DNA from: Proteromonas lacertae
Lineage: Eukaryota
Assembly: GCA_002245135.1 (NCBI GenBank)
Contig: NGBS01000904.1
Location: forward strand, 1-40,969
Direction of reading: 5' to 3'
Length of the DNA: 40,969 bases
Below the pieces are notes generated by a model, which saw nothing but the letters and a program-made list of their open reading frames with translations, ran no database searches and was not told the origin of the DNA. Made by a program: the position numbers and the translations under genes. Shown here in pieces: positions 13,301-26,085 of this stretch (positions are counted from its first letter, which is position 1; each line of letters opens with the position of its first letter).

Positions 13301-16300
13301 AAAGCAGATGATACTGCTTTAGCTATCTTTGCATTAGATGAAAGATTAAAGAAAGCATTAGAAAAAGTGGAAAATATTCATAAAAGAGAAGATATTTTTG
13401 AAGTAGAACAGACTGAATATGATGATATTGAAAAGGCGATTGATCTGTTTGAACCGCATTTGAAATTATGGACGATGATATATGACTTTAAGAATGATAA
13501 GGAAGGATGGGAAACTACTAATTTCTTCACTTTAGATCCACAAGAGATTACTAATAAAGTAAATGAATGGTGGACTCTATCTTATAAGCTTGCTAAAAAG
13601 CTTGAAAAAGATTTCCCAAAACCATCAGAAATGGCTAAAAAGTTGAGAGAAGAAAGTGATGCTTTTAAAGATGATATTCCAATCATAACAGCCTTAGGAA
13701 GTAAATCACTGAAAGATCGTCATTGGGAGAAGCTATCATCATTATTATGTCCAGAAGGAACAATGGTTATTAATCCAAATGCTGAAGAAATTACACTCCA
13801 ACAATTAATAGATATGAATGTAATGGAACACTGGGAAGAAGTTCAAGAAATTACTGTTGTTGCTGAGAAAGAATATGCATTAGAAAAAGCATTAAATCAA
13901 ATGATGAAAGAATGGGATGATATTAAATTTGAATGTATTTTATATAGAAATACTGGAAGTTATGTTATTAAAGGAGTTGAAGATATAATGGCATTATTAG
14001 ATGATCATATTGTAAAGACTCAAACAATGATGGGAAGTCCATATATAGCTGCATTGAAAAGTGATGCTAAGAATTGGGAAAGGAAATTAATATATGCACA
14101 AACATTGATTGATGAATGGTTGGCTTGTCAGAAGACTTGGATGTATTTAGAGCCAATATTTAGTAGTGAAGATATTATGAGACAAATGCCAAATGAAGGT
14201 AGAAGATTTGCTGCTGTTGATACATTATGGAGATCAACAATGAGTGAAACTTATGCTCAACCAAGAGTAATGGATATTGCATCGAAAGAGAAACTATTAG
14301 ATAAATTTAAAGGAGCAAATAATTTGCTTGAGATTATTCAAACAGGTTTGAATGATTATTTGGAGTTGAAGAGATTGAAATTTCCAAGATTTTTCTTCTT
14401 ATCGAATGATGGATTATTAGAAATCTTATCACAAACAAAAGATCCAAAAGCAGTTCAACCTCATTTAGGTAAATGTTTTGAAGGTATGAATCAAGTAGTA
14501 TTTAACTGTGATGATGGTGGTAAAGAAGATGATTTAACAATTACAACAATGGTTAGTTCAGAAGGTGAAAGAGTAAAGTTATTAAAACCAGTAGATCCAA
14601 ATGAAGGTCAATGTAAAGGTAATGTAGAAGAATGGTTATTATTATTAGAATCATCTATGAGATTAACTATTAAAGATATTATCAAACAAGCATCAGTTGC
14701 TTATCCAATTAGTGAAAGAACTGAATGGGTTTTGAATTGGCCTGGTCAAGTTGTATTATGTGTAAATCAATTAGTATGGACTCAGGAAGTAACAACAGCC
14801 ATATTAAGTGGTAAATCAAATGCTTTACCTGATTATGTACAAAAATTAAACAAACAATTAGGTGATATAGTCAAACTAGTTCGAGGTGATTTGACAAACA
14901 TGGCAAGAATCAGTTTAGGTGCTTTAACAGTCATTGATGTCCATGCAAGAGATGTTGTAGTTGATATGATCAAACAAAAAGTTGAAACAGAAGATGATTT
15001 TGGTTGGATGGCACAATTACGTTATTATTGGGAAGAAAAGAAAGATGATTATAATCGTTATGGTGAAGATCCACATAATATGATTGCAAGAATAGTGAAT
15101 GCATCTGTTATGTATGGATATGAATACTTAGGTAATAGTACAAGACTGGTAATTACTCCATTAACTGATAGATGTTATAGAACAATGATGGGAGCTGTAT
15201 CTTTAGATTATGGTGGTGCTCCAGCTGGTCCTGCTGGTACAGGTAAGACTGAAACAGTGAAAGATCTGAGTAAAGCTGTTGCATTCCAATGTGTAGTATT
15301 TAATTGTTCTGATGGTTTAGATTATAAAGCTATGGCTAAGTTCTTTAAAGGTTTAGCTGCTTCTGGTGCTTGGGCTTGTTTTGATGAATTTAATAGAATT
15401 GAATTAGAAGTGTTGTCTGTGATTGCTCAACAATTATTAACAATCTTAAAAGCCAAAAGAGCAAGAGTTGCTAGATTTATATTTGAAGGAACAAATATTC
15501 CATTAAATCCAGATTGTAATTCATTCATTACAATGAATCCCGGTTATGCTGGTAGATCAGAATTACCTGATAATTTAAAAGCACTATTCAGAGATTGCGC
15601 TATGATGGTTCCTGATTATGCAATGATTGCTGAAATTAAACTATATTCTTTTGGTTTTGAAGATGCTAGAAATATGGCAAGAAAACTAACTCAAGTATTG
15701 AGATTATGTTCTGAACAATTATCTAGTCAAAAGCATTATGATTATGGTATGAGAGCGGTGTTTTCAATCTTAGTAAGAGCTGGTAATTTACGACAAGAAA
15801 GAGATTGGAGTGAAGATTTGATTGTATTATCTGCTATTGTAGATGTAAACTTACCAAAGTTCACTAATAATGATATTCCATTGTTTCAAGGTATTATATC
15901 TGATTTATTCCCTGGTGTAAAGTCTCCACAACCTGATTATGGTCCGCTGATTCCATCAATCTTAGCAAATTGTGAAAAGAATAATTTACAACCTGTTAAA
16001 GGTTTTACAACATCAGTTGTTCAGTTATGGGAAACTGTGGTAGTTCGACATGGTTTGATGTTGGTTGGTGAAACTGGTTGTGGTAAAACAAAGGTAATGA
16101 GAGTATTAGCAGCTGCTTTAGGTGATAATAATGGTGTTGGTCCTTATACAAATGTTCAAATAATTACAATGAATCCTAAATCAATCACACAAGGACAATT
16201 GTATGGTAAATTTGATGAAAATACAAATGAATGGACTGATGGTGTATTAGCTGTAAAGTTTAGAAATTCCTGTAGAGATACAAGTACTGATAGATTTTGG

Positions 16301-19300
16301 ATTGTATTTGATGGTCCAGTAGATGCAGTTTGGATTGAAAATATGAATACTGTGTTAGATGATAATAAGAAATTATGTTTAAACAGTGGTGAAGTTATTA
16401 AAATGACACCAAGAATGACTATGGTATTTGAAGTAGAAGATTTGAAAGAAGCATCACCAGCTACAGTGAGTAGATGTGGTATGGTGTATATGGAACAATC
16501 TAGATTAGGATGGGATGCATTAGTTCGAAGTTGGTTGAATAATTTATCAGATGATTTAGATAAATTTAAAGAAGAAATAATGTCATATTTTGATTGGTTA
16601 TTCCCTCCATTATTGTATGTAGTGAATAATGAATGTAAGAAACTAACACCAATTACAACATTAGAATATACAGCATCCTGTTTAAGACTATTATCCTGTC
16701 AAATGGATCAATTAGAAGAAGGTGAAGGTTCTACCAATAAAAACATTATGAAAATAATTGAAGGATTTATAATCCAAAGTATAATTTGGTCATTAGGTAT
16801 AGTTACTAATGCAGATGGTAGATTAATATTTGACAGAATATTACATAATATATGTGCTGGTAAAATGTCAGCGGATGATTTCTATGAGATATTTATAAAG
16901 AAAAATCCTTGGTATATTGAAGGACCAGAAAGTACAAAAATATTGTTAAGATCAACAGTTGTTCCATTACCAACAGATAGTGTTTATGATTGTTACTTTG
17001 TATTAAAAGGATGTAGATGGAATCAATGGAGTAATTATGTAAAAGATAATGAAATATCACCAGATGCTACTTATAATTCCATTATTATTCCAACTATTGA
17101 TACTGTTAGGACTTCACATTTTATTGATATGTTATTAAGTAATCAATATCATATATTACTCACAGGTGATACTGGTACTGGTAAATCAGTTTCAATCAAT
17201 AACAAACTGTTAAAAGAATTAGATGAAAAGTATATGTGTATAATGATGAACTTCTCAGCTCAAACCTCCTCAAACATGACTCAAGATATTATTGATGGTA
17301 AATTAATAAAGAGACGTAAAGGAGTATTAGGACCTCCATTAGGTAAAACATGTATAATATTCGTTGATGATTTGAATATGCCAGCTAAAGAGAAATATGG
17401 TGCACAACCTCCAATAGAATTATTAAGACAATGGATGGATTATCATGGTTGGTATGATCGAAAGACGAATGATTTCTGTACAATAGCTGATGTACAATTT
17501 ATCACTGCAATGGGGTTACCTGGTGGTGGAAGATCTGTTATTACACAAAGATATGTAAGACATTTCAATGTGATTGGTTTAGTTCCTTTTGAAAGAGATT
17601 CTTTGAAGAGAATTTTTACAAAATTGACTGAATGGATAATGCAGAAATATGCTTCAAGTTATAGAACAATTGGTAATTCTATTGTTGATTCTACTATACA
17701 AATATATCAGAAAATCGCTTTAGAATTACGTCCAACTCCCAATAAATCACATTATACATTCAATCTTCGTGATTTATCTAAAGTATTCCAAGGTATCTCC
17801 ATTGCTGATGCAAAATCTATTGAAAAACCTGATGATATGATAAGATTATGGGGACATGAGTGTTTGAGAGTATTCCAAGATAGATTAGTCGATGATGTTG
17901 ATAGAAAATGGTTTAATGTTTCACTTAGTTCAATATGTATGACTGTATTTGGTAAAGATTGGAATAAACAAATATGTGCTGATAGTAAGAACTTAATATA
18001 TGGTAATTTCATGAATCCTCAAGCTGATCCCAAACCTTATCAAGAAATTAATGATTATAATCACTTGAAGGAAGTAATGAGAGAATATTTAGAAGATTAT
18101 AACAATATGCATCCAACACATATGTCTTTAGTATTGTTTCAAAATGCAATAGAACATGTAGCTAGAATCAGTCGTGTTATAAACCAACCAAATGGACATT
18201 CTTTATTAGTTGGTGTTGGTGGTAGTGGAAGAAAGAGTTTAGCAACTTTAGCAACCTTTATGGCTGATTATCAATTATATAAAGTTGAATTAACAAAGAA
18301 TTATAACAGAAATGAATGGAGAGAAGATTTGAAGAAGTTATTAAAGATAAGTGGTTTAGAAGGAAAACCAGTTGTATTTTTATTCAGTGATACTCAAATC
18401 ATTAATGAAACATTTGTTGAAGATATTAACAACATATTAAACACTGGTGAAGTTCCAAATTTATTTGAATCTGATGAATTAACCCAATTATTAGAAGAAA
18501 TCTCCACATTAGCTCAAAAATCAGGTGTTAATACTGGTATTCCAGCAGAAGTATATAATTTCTTCATTCATCGTTCTAAGACCAATTTACATGTAGTTTT
18601 AGCATTTTCACCAATTGGTGATTCATTTAGAACCAGATTAAGAATGTTCCCATCACTTGTAAACTGTTGTACAATCGATTGGTTCACACAATGGCCAGAA
18701 GAAGCTTTACATTCAGTAGCCAATCATTTCTTAGATGAAATGGAATTACCTGATCGTGTAAAAGATGGCATAGTTAATGTATGTGTTGATATGCAAGAAA
18801 GAGTGAGTCATTTATCTCAGAGATTGAAAGAAGAATTAGGAAGATTCTATTATGTTACACCAACTAGTTATTTAGAATTAATTAATACATTTAAGATATT
18901 ATTAGTAGATAAACAAAAGGAAGTAAATGCAAAGAAAAGAAGATATGATAATGGATTGAACAAATTATTAGATTGTCAAGAACAAGTAGAACAAATGCAA
19001 TTAGAATTGAAAGCTCTACAACCACAATTGAAAACAGCCCAAGAAGAAACAGATGCAATGTTAGAGAAGATTGAAGCAATGCAAGCTGATACAGAAGAGA
19101 AGAAAAAAGTAGTAGAAATTGAAGAAAAAGATTGTACAAGACAAGCTGATGAAGCCAAAGCAATGGAAGCTGAATGTAATGCAGAATTAGCTGAAGCATT
19201 ACCTATTTTAGAGAAAGCAATAGAAGCTTTAAAAACAATAGATAAAAGTCATTTGACTGAAGTAAAATCAATGAAAAAACCACCAGATGGTGTAAAAATT

Positions 19301-22300
19301 ACATTAGAAGCAATTTGTATATTGTTAAAAGTAGCTCCAAAGAGAGTATTTGATTCAACAGGTAGAAAGAAGATTGATGATTATTGGGAAGTATCTCAAA
19401 AGGAAGTATTAGGTGATACTCATTTATTACAAAAACTATTAAATTATGATAAAGATCATATTCTAGTAGAAATCATTACCAAAGTCAAACCTTATTTGTC
19501 AATGGAAAAATTCCAACCAAAAGCTGTTTATACTGCCTCCTTTGCTGCTGGTGGTTTATGTCAATGGGTTCATGCTATAGTAAAGTATGATGAAGTTGCT
19601 AAAGTTATAGCACCTAAAAGAACTGCATTAGAAAGAGCACAAGAAGATAAAGCGAAAGCTGAAGCTCAATTAGCAACCAAACGAGCTGAATTGAAAGAAT
19701 TAGTAGATCAAGTCGAAGCATTACAAAGACAATTAGATAATACAATGAAGAAGAAAGAAGAATTAGAAAAACAAGTAGATGATTGTATGAAGAAATTAGA
19801 TCGAGCTCAAAGATTGATAGGTGGTTTAGGAGGTGAAAAAACACGTTGGACTGAATTCTCCGCAAGTTTAGGAAATGATTATTATAATTTAGTTGGTGAT
19901 ATATTACTCTCCAGTGGTGTAATTGCTTATTTAGGATGTTTCCCAACACAATATCGTAGTGAATGTATTAAAGATTGGTTTGAATTATTAGATCAACAAT
20001 CAATACCGAAATCAGAAGTTTATTCTTTAACCACCGTTTTAGGAGATCCAATAGCCATAAGACAATGGACAATATGGAAATTGCCAAATGATTCTTTCTC
20101 AATTGATAATGCTATTATGTTATTTAAATCAAATAGATGGCCTTTAATGATTGATCCTCAAGGACAAGCTAATCGTTGGGTGAGAAATATGGAGAATGAA
20201 AATCAATTGAAAATAGTAAAACAGTCAGCTTCAACTTTACAAAGATCATTAGAAAATGCAATTCAATTTGGTTCACCATTATTAATAGAGAATGTTCCTG
20301 AATATTTAGAGCCATTATTAGAACCAATATTAATGAAAGAAGTGATAATTGTAGGTGGAACTTCAAGTATAAGAATTGGTGATAATACAGTAAATTATGA
20401 TGAAAAATTCCGATTATATATAACAACAAGATTAAGAAATCCACATTATCCACCTGAAACTTGTGTAAAAGTGAATTTATTGAACTTTATGGCAACTCAA
20501 GAAGGTTTACAAGATCAATTATTAGGTATATTAGTAGGAAAAGAACAAGGAAGTTTAGAACAACGAAGAGTAGAATTGGTATTAAAAGATGCAGAATATA
20601 AAAAGACATTGAAAGATATTGAAGATCAAATTTTACACTTATTAGCTTCATCTGAAGGTGATATATTAGAAGATGAAAAGTTGATTGACACTTTAGCCAA
20701 ATCCAAACAAACCTCCAATGAGATTATGAATGCTGTAAAGAGTGCTGAAGCAACACAACAACAAATATCGCAAGTTAGAACAAGTTATATTCCAGTAGCA
20801 GAAAGAGCATCAGCTTTATTCTTCTGTATTTCTGATTTAGCTGGTATTGAACCAATGTATCAATATTCATTGGATTGGTATATTAATCTATTCTTATTAT
20901 CAATTGATAAAGCTGTAAGAACTAATAAAATCAAAGATCGATTGAATAATTTGAATAATACATTCACTTATATATTATATGAGAATGTATGTCGATCTTT
21001 ATTTGAAAAAGATAAGTTATTATTCTCGTTCTTATTATGTACAAAGATATTATTAATTAATAATGAATTAGATCCAGCTGCCTTTAGATATTTATTAACA
21101 GGTAATACTGCGTTGACAGTAGATGAACCAAATCCAGTAAACTCTGATCCAAAATGGCTAAGTGATAAGAGTTGGAAAGATTTAGTAGGTTTAAGAAAGA
21201 TTCAAGGAATGGAAAAAATAACTGAAATATTCAAAAAGAATATAAAGAAATGGGAAGAATTGTATTACAGTAGTGATCCAATTGAAAAACTGGATGATTT
21301 AATAGGTGGAACATTTGGTAATACTTTCCACAAACTATTAATCATCAAATCCATAAGAAGTGATGTAGTTGTTCCAATGTTACAATTATTTATAACTGAA
21401 AAGATTGGTAGAAAATTCATTGAAATTCCAAGTAGTGATTTAATGGCTTGTTATAATGATTCTAACTGTTGTGCTCCATTAATCTTCGTATTATCTCCAG
21501 GTGCTGCTCCAATGAATGAATTATTGAAATTAGCTGATAAAATGGGTTTATCTAAAAAACTATTTAGTGTTTCATTAGGTCAAGGTCAAGGTAAAATCGC
21601 TCAAAATGCAATAGCTGAAGCTGTGGATCGAGGTACTTGGGTTTGTTTACAAAACTGTCATTTAGCCGAAAGTTGGATGCCTGAATTAGAGAGAATTTGT
21701 GAAGAAATATCTCCTGAAACTACTCATCCTGATTTCCGGTTATGGTTAACTTCCATGCCTTCTCCCAAATTCCCAGCTACAATCTTACAAAATGGAGTAA
21801 AAATGACAACTGAACCTCCGAAAGGTTTATTAAACAGTTTACAAGGTACTTATAACTCATTGGATAAAGAATGGTTTGAAAAGAATAAGAAAAGTAATGA
21901 ATTTAAGAAATTATTATTTGGTTTAGCTTTCTTCCATGCAACAGTTCGAGAAAGAGTAAAATTTGGTCCATTAGGTTGGAATATTCCTTATGTATTTGCT
22001 GATTCTGATTTACAAATCTCAATGGATCAATTGATGTTATTTTTGAATGATTATGAAGAGATTAATTTCGAGATGTTAACTTATTTAGCTGGTGAATGTA
22101 ATTATGGAGGTCGAGTAACTGATGATAAAGATCGTCGATGTTTAATGAATATTTTAAGTGATTTCTATACAATCGATATATTAGATGATAATTATAAATT
22201 CTCACCTTCTGGTATTTATTATGCACCTCCTGATGGTCCATTAGAATCTTATATCGAATATATCAAAACCTTACCAATCAATGAAAATCCAGAGATTTAT

Positions 22301-23269
22301 GGTTTACATGATAATGCGAATATCACTTGTGCAAATCAAGAAACCAGTCGAATTTTAGATAATATTTTATCCCTTCAACCTCGAACAAGTAGTGGAAGTG
22401 GATTGAGTTGGGAAGATCAATTAATGGAATTAGCTCAAACAATCGAAAAGAGAGTTCCTGATCCATTTGATATAGAAAAAGTATCAGTAAAATATCCAGT
22501 AATATATGAAGAAAGTTTAAATACAGTGTTAGTTCAAGAATTGATGAGATTTAATGATTTATTATTAGTAGTGAAAAGTACATTGGTTGATGTTCAAAAA
22601 GCAATAAAAGGATTAGTGGTAATGAGTAGTGAATTAGAAGAATTAGGAAATAGTATGGTAAATGGAAGTGTTCCAGAGAAATGGAAAAATGTATCTTATC
22701 CATCTTTGAAACCATTAGGAAGTTATGTAAATGATTTATGTCAAAGAATTGACTTTTTAAATACTTGGATTGATTATGGATCTCCCAATGAATTTTGGCT
22801 AAGTGGTTTTTTCTTTACTCAATCATTTTTAACTGGAACTCGTCAGAATTATGCTCGAAAATATACAATTCCGATTGATGAAATAACTTATGATTTCCGA
22901 GTAATAAATAAAGAAGAACAAAGTAAAATCACTGAAAAAGCAGCTGATGGTTGTTATGTATATGGTTTATTTATTGAAGGAGCAAATTGGAATTATGAAA
23001 CAATGACATTAGATGAAAGTAATCCAAAAGAATTATTTGTTGAAATGCCTCACATTCATTTACAACCAAAAAGAATTGATGAGATAGACGAGAGTGAACA
23101 TCGATATGAATGTCCAACTTATAAAACATCTGAAAGAAGAGGTGTATTATCAACAACAGGTCATAGTACGAATTTTGTGATGATGATCAATTTACCAATG
23201 AAAGCTGAACATGATCAGAAACATTGGATAAAACGAGGTGTTGCTTTATTAACTCAATTAGATGATTAA
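10333..23269 (+). CDS. DNAH1: Axonemal inner-arm dynein heavy chain, DNAH1-like (~4294 aa, one intron at 11605-11656)
   Basis: P-loops GPAGTGKT, GETGCGKT, GDTGTGKS and GVGGSGRKS; CFDEFNRI, FITMNPGYAGRSELPDNLK, stalk coiled coil and C-terminal HWIKRGVALL. The N-terminal LPPLEEFDD...TPEEW resembles DNAH1/DHC2. A 52-nt GT-AG intron joins the two ORFs in frame. The ortholog assignment is less certain than the family call. Confidence 0.93.
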
Positions 23270-23553
23270 TTATTATAATATATTATTTAATATATTCATC
23301 TTGTTTATGTTTACTAGATGTATTAAGTAATAAATGAAAATGAATAAACAATAATTGAAAATATAGTTGTTTTATTTGAGAATATATATATATTTCTTTT
23401 ACAATTCTCTCTTTTCTTTCCATATTAATGGATGATTTTAAATGTTTAAATATTGAAGATTTTCATTTACTAATTTGACAATACTATTCAGATTTCTCCT
23501 ATATTATAACATAATAATTAAAAATGGATGAATAGAAATCAAGCTTGTATATA

Positions 23554-23610
23554 GTATATAAATGGGACTCTGACACTTGTACCATAGTCCCATTTACGTA
23601 AGGTTCCTAC
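23554..23610 (+). repeat. Left TIR of element A with internal 11-bp inverted repeat
   Basis: GTATATAAATGGGACTCTGACACTTGTACCATAGTCCCATTTACGTAAGGTTCCTAC is the reverse complement of 30905-30962 with 1 mismatch and 1 indel. TAAATGGGACT (23559-23569) pairs with AGTCCCATTTA (23586-23596). Confidence 0.95.
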
Positions 23611-23683
23611 TGTGTCAACTTCCCTATGAGACGATCTAGAGTCTCTTGCTGCGCTGGTAACAAGTTACCAAATGGTAACTCCG

Positions 23684-24123
23684 GGAGGTTCTAGCTAGTT
23701 GTGGATTTCTCAAGGCCCTTGAAGATAATGATTAGCAATCTCGGAAGGCTTCTGAAGGTAAGTTTTATCATCCTTATAACTCTCCTAGATAAGTTCATCC
23801 ACGACCTTCCCGAGAAGAACAGCCTTGTTGGCAAGGAAGGAATCTCCCATCATGAGAGATTCCCTGACGTAGTCATGCACGGCTGGACGTATCTGGGAAG
23901 GTCTTGATGGTTCTTCTATTAATCAGTGACTTTACAACTGGAGGTTCTGGTTAGTACTGGATTTTCTCAAGGCCTTGAAGATCATCGTAAGTATTCTCGG
24001 AAGCTTCCTAGAGGTAAGTCTAATCGCCCTTGTTAATCAACTAGGTAACATTCAATTATCATCTATCCTAGCAAGGAAGGGATGTTCCTCCTTGAGTTGT
24101 AACTCAAGGAGGAACCTCCCGAC
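23684..24123. repeat. Two diverged ~185-bp direct repeats rich in palindromes (23684-23868 and 23940-24123)
   Basis: Collinear shared blocks GGAGGTTCT, TGGATTT, CTCAAGGCC(C)TTGAAGAT, TCTCGGAAG, AGGTAAGT and GCAAGGAAGG. Each copy ends in a hairpin. Confidence 0.8.
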
Positions 24124-24359
24124 AAAGCCATGGAACTTCCATCAAAAGACTTCATTGCAAAGCCAAGGAACATCCACAGATTGTTGACTGAGTAAATTTC
24201 AATACCATTCTAAGTCTTCAAGATAAGCTACTTCTGGTAATCGTGGAAACTCAAAAGGGAATCTCAAGAGTTAACAATTGTAAAGACCTTCTTAACAATC
24301 TCCGATGAGTTCAATATTCCAGCAATTCCTATCGATCTAAGCATACAGCAATAATAATT

Positions 24360-25881
24360 ATGCAACCTTACAATCCCTTTAGAGTCGTGGCTGAGCATCA
24401 TGGAGATGACAAGAGCAACCTTACTCAGGAGATGTTCAATAGCTACTGGGATAAGAAGATGGAGCTCTTTGAAGCAGTACGAGATGCAGTAAAGGATTAT
24501 AAGGACGTAGTTGATTACACCTTGGGGAAGTTCAAGGAGTCTAAACAACCAGCCGATGAAATCAACACCTTAGAGACTCTTGCACTGGATCTAAGCAAGT
24601 ATCTGGAGTTCACTGCTAGCTATCGTGAGTTGATAACATGGAGCAAGACTTCTATCGATGATCCAGATCTGAAGGACTGTGGATGGATACCTCCGATAAG
24701 CTACTCTTCAATCATTCCTTTATGGCAGTCAAGACACTTTATCAATAACCCCAACTACAAGGCAATTAAAGTTGCAAGGAGATGGACGATGATGATCTAC
24801 GATAGTTTCATCGACTGGAGCTATTGCCATCTTAAAATCTTAAAGGATGTGTATTCCCGATATCAACCAGACTCAAGTAGGTTCAACCCGAAGGATTATA
24901 GAGCTCCTTACCCGATAGAACTACCTGTACTTGGTTGACATTGGTTTATTCGATAAGGATGGTAATATGCGAGATGCTTTCTCAGCAAGATCAATCAAGG
25001 GAAGATTCATCCAGCTTACTCCCTATGATGTTCCTAACTTCATGAGCAGGACAATCAAGAGACCGATGCTAGAGCAGTACCTTAGCAGGTTTAATATCTA
25101 TGGCTTATACACACGATCCCGTAAGGCCTTTAAGAAATGTCAAGAGAAGATCAAGGAGCTGATAACTCAATACCGAAACAGTCCCGAACTGATAGAAGAA
25201 GTACCAGAACTACTTCTTTTGGAGGATCTCAAGGAGCTGACAATACCTCAGTTCATCGAAGAGCTCAAGGAGGTAAAGGTTGTTGAAGAGCGCATCGAAG
25301 CTAGGCATACTCCATCATGGTGCTTAACTCAAGTGAAGAGCATTATAAGGAACGTGTTGAAGCTCCGATCAGCATTGAAGGCGATCCAAGAACCCAACTA
25401 TCGATGCTCGGAGAAGTATAAGAGATTCTACGATGGGATGATCAACTTAAAGTATTTCACTGCAAAGTATTTAAGCAATCTCCTGGAGTTCAAGATCAAG
25501 GTCGAGGACTATGCCGAGATGTATGATTACTATCACTGGGAGAACCACAACAAAAAAGAGAACCACTTCACGGAGGAAGACTCTGATGAGTTGATGAAGG
25601 ATGCTAGCAAGATTGTTAGTGAAATGAAGGAGCAAGAACAACTCGAAGAGTTCAACAGCACCAAGGAAGAGACCTCAAAGGACATGAAGCTGGAGACTTT
25701 AATCTCAGAAGCATTATCAGTAGTCAATAACCCCGTGAGGTCGGAGGAATTACAAGGGCAAGTCACCTGTGAGCTAACATCAACACCCAAGGAAGATGAG
25801 GACATAGTCACCAAGAGAAGCAGAAGCTCCTCCGAGGATGTAGAATCGCCTAGCTCAAAGAGACCAGAACTTAATCATTAA
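24360..25881 (+). CDS. Orphan protein(s) of element A; ORFs of 192 aa and 316 aa, probably one ~506-aa gene split by a +1 frameshift at ~24930
   Basis: The ORFs overlap by a few bases, the second has only a TTG at the junction, and codon usage is uniform (AAG/GAG-rich). The C-terminus is acidic/basic with NLS-like KRSR...KRP. Confidence 0.6.
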
Positions 25882-26085
25882 ACGCTAAGTCATAATAAGC
25901 AACTGTTGTCCTAGCTGTGATCAAGATAACATAAAGGAGCAAACGAAGAAGAAGAAGAAGTGAAGTTAGAAGACCTCGGAAAAGTTCATGATTGGAATCA
26001 TCGGAGAAGTCTATGATCGGATTCTACGTGAAGTGAAACACCTGGTAGCTATCAGTTTTTAATTTCCAAGTACTTCTCAGGAAGT

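Noticed and set aside
1934..23156. Short antisense ORFs over the surface protein, BTB genes and dynein
   Set aside because: Shadow ORFs of strongly supported sense genes, with biased composition.
23701..24187. 68-aa and 70-aa similar ORFs
   Set aside because: Non-ATG starts; the similarity follows from the DNA direct repeat; no coding evidence.
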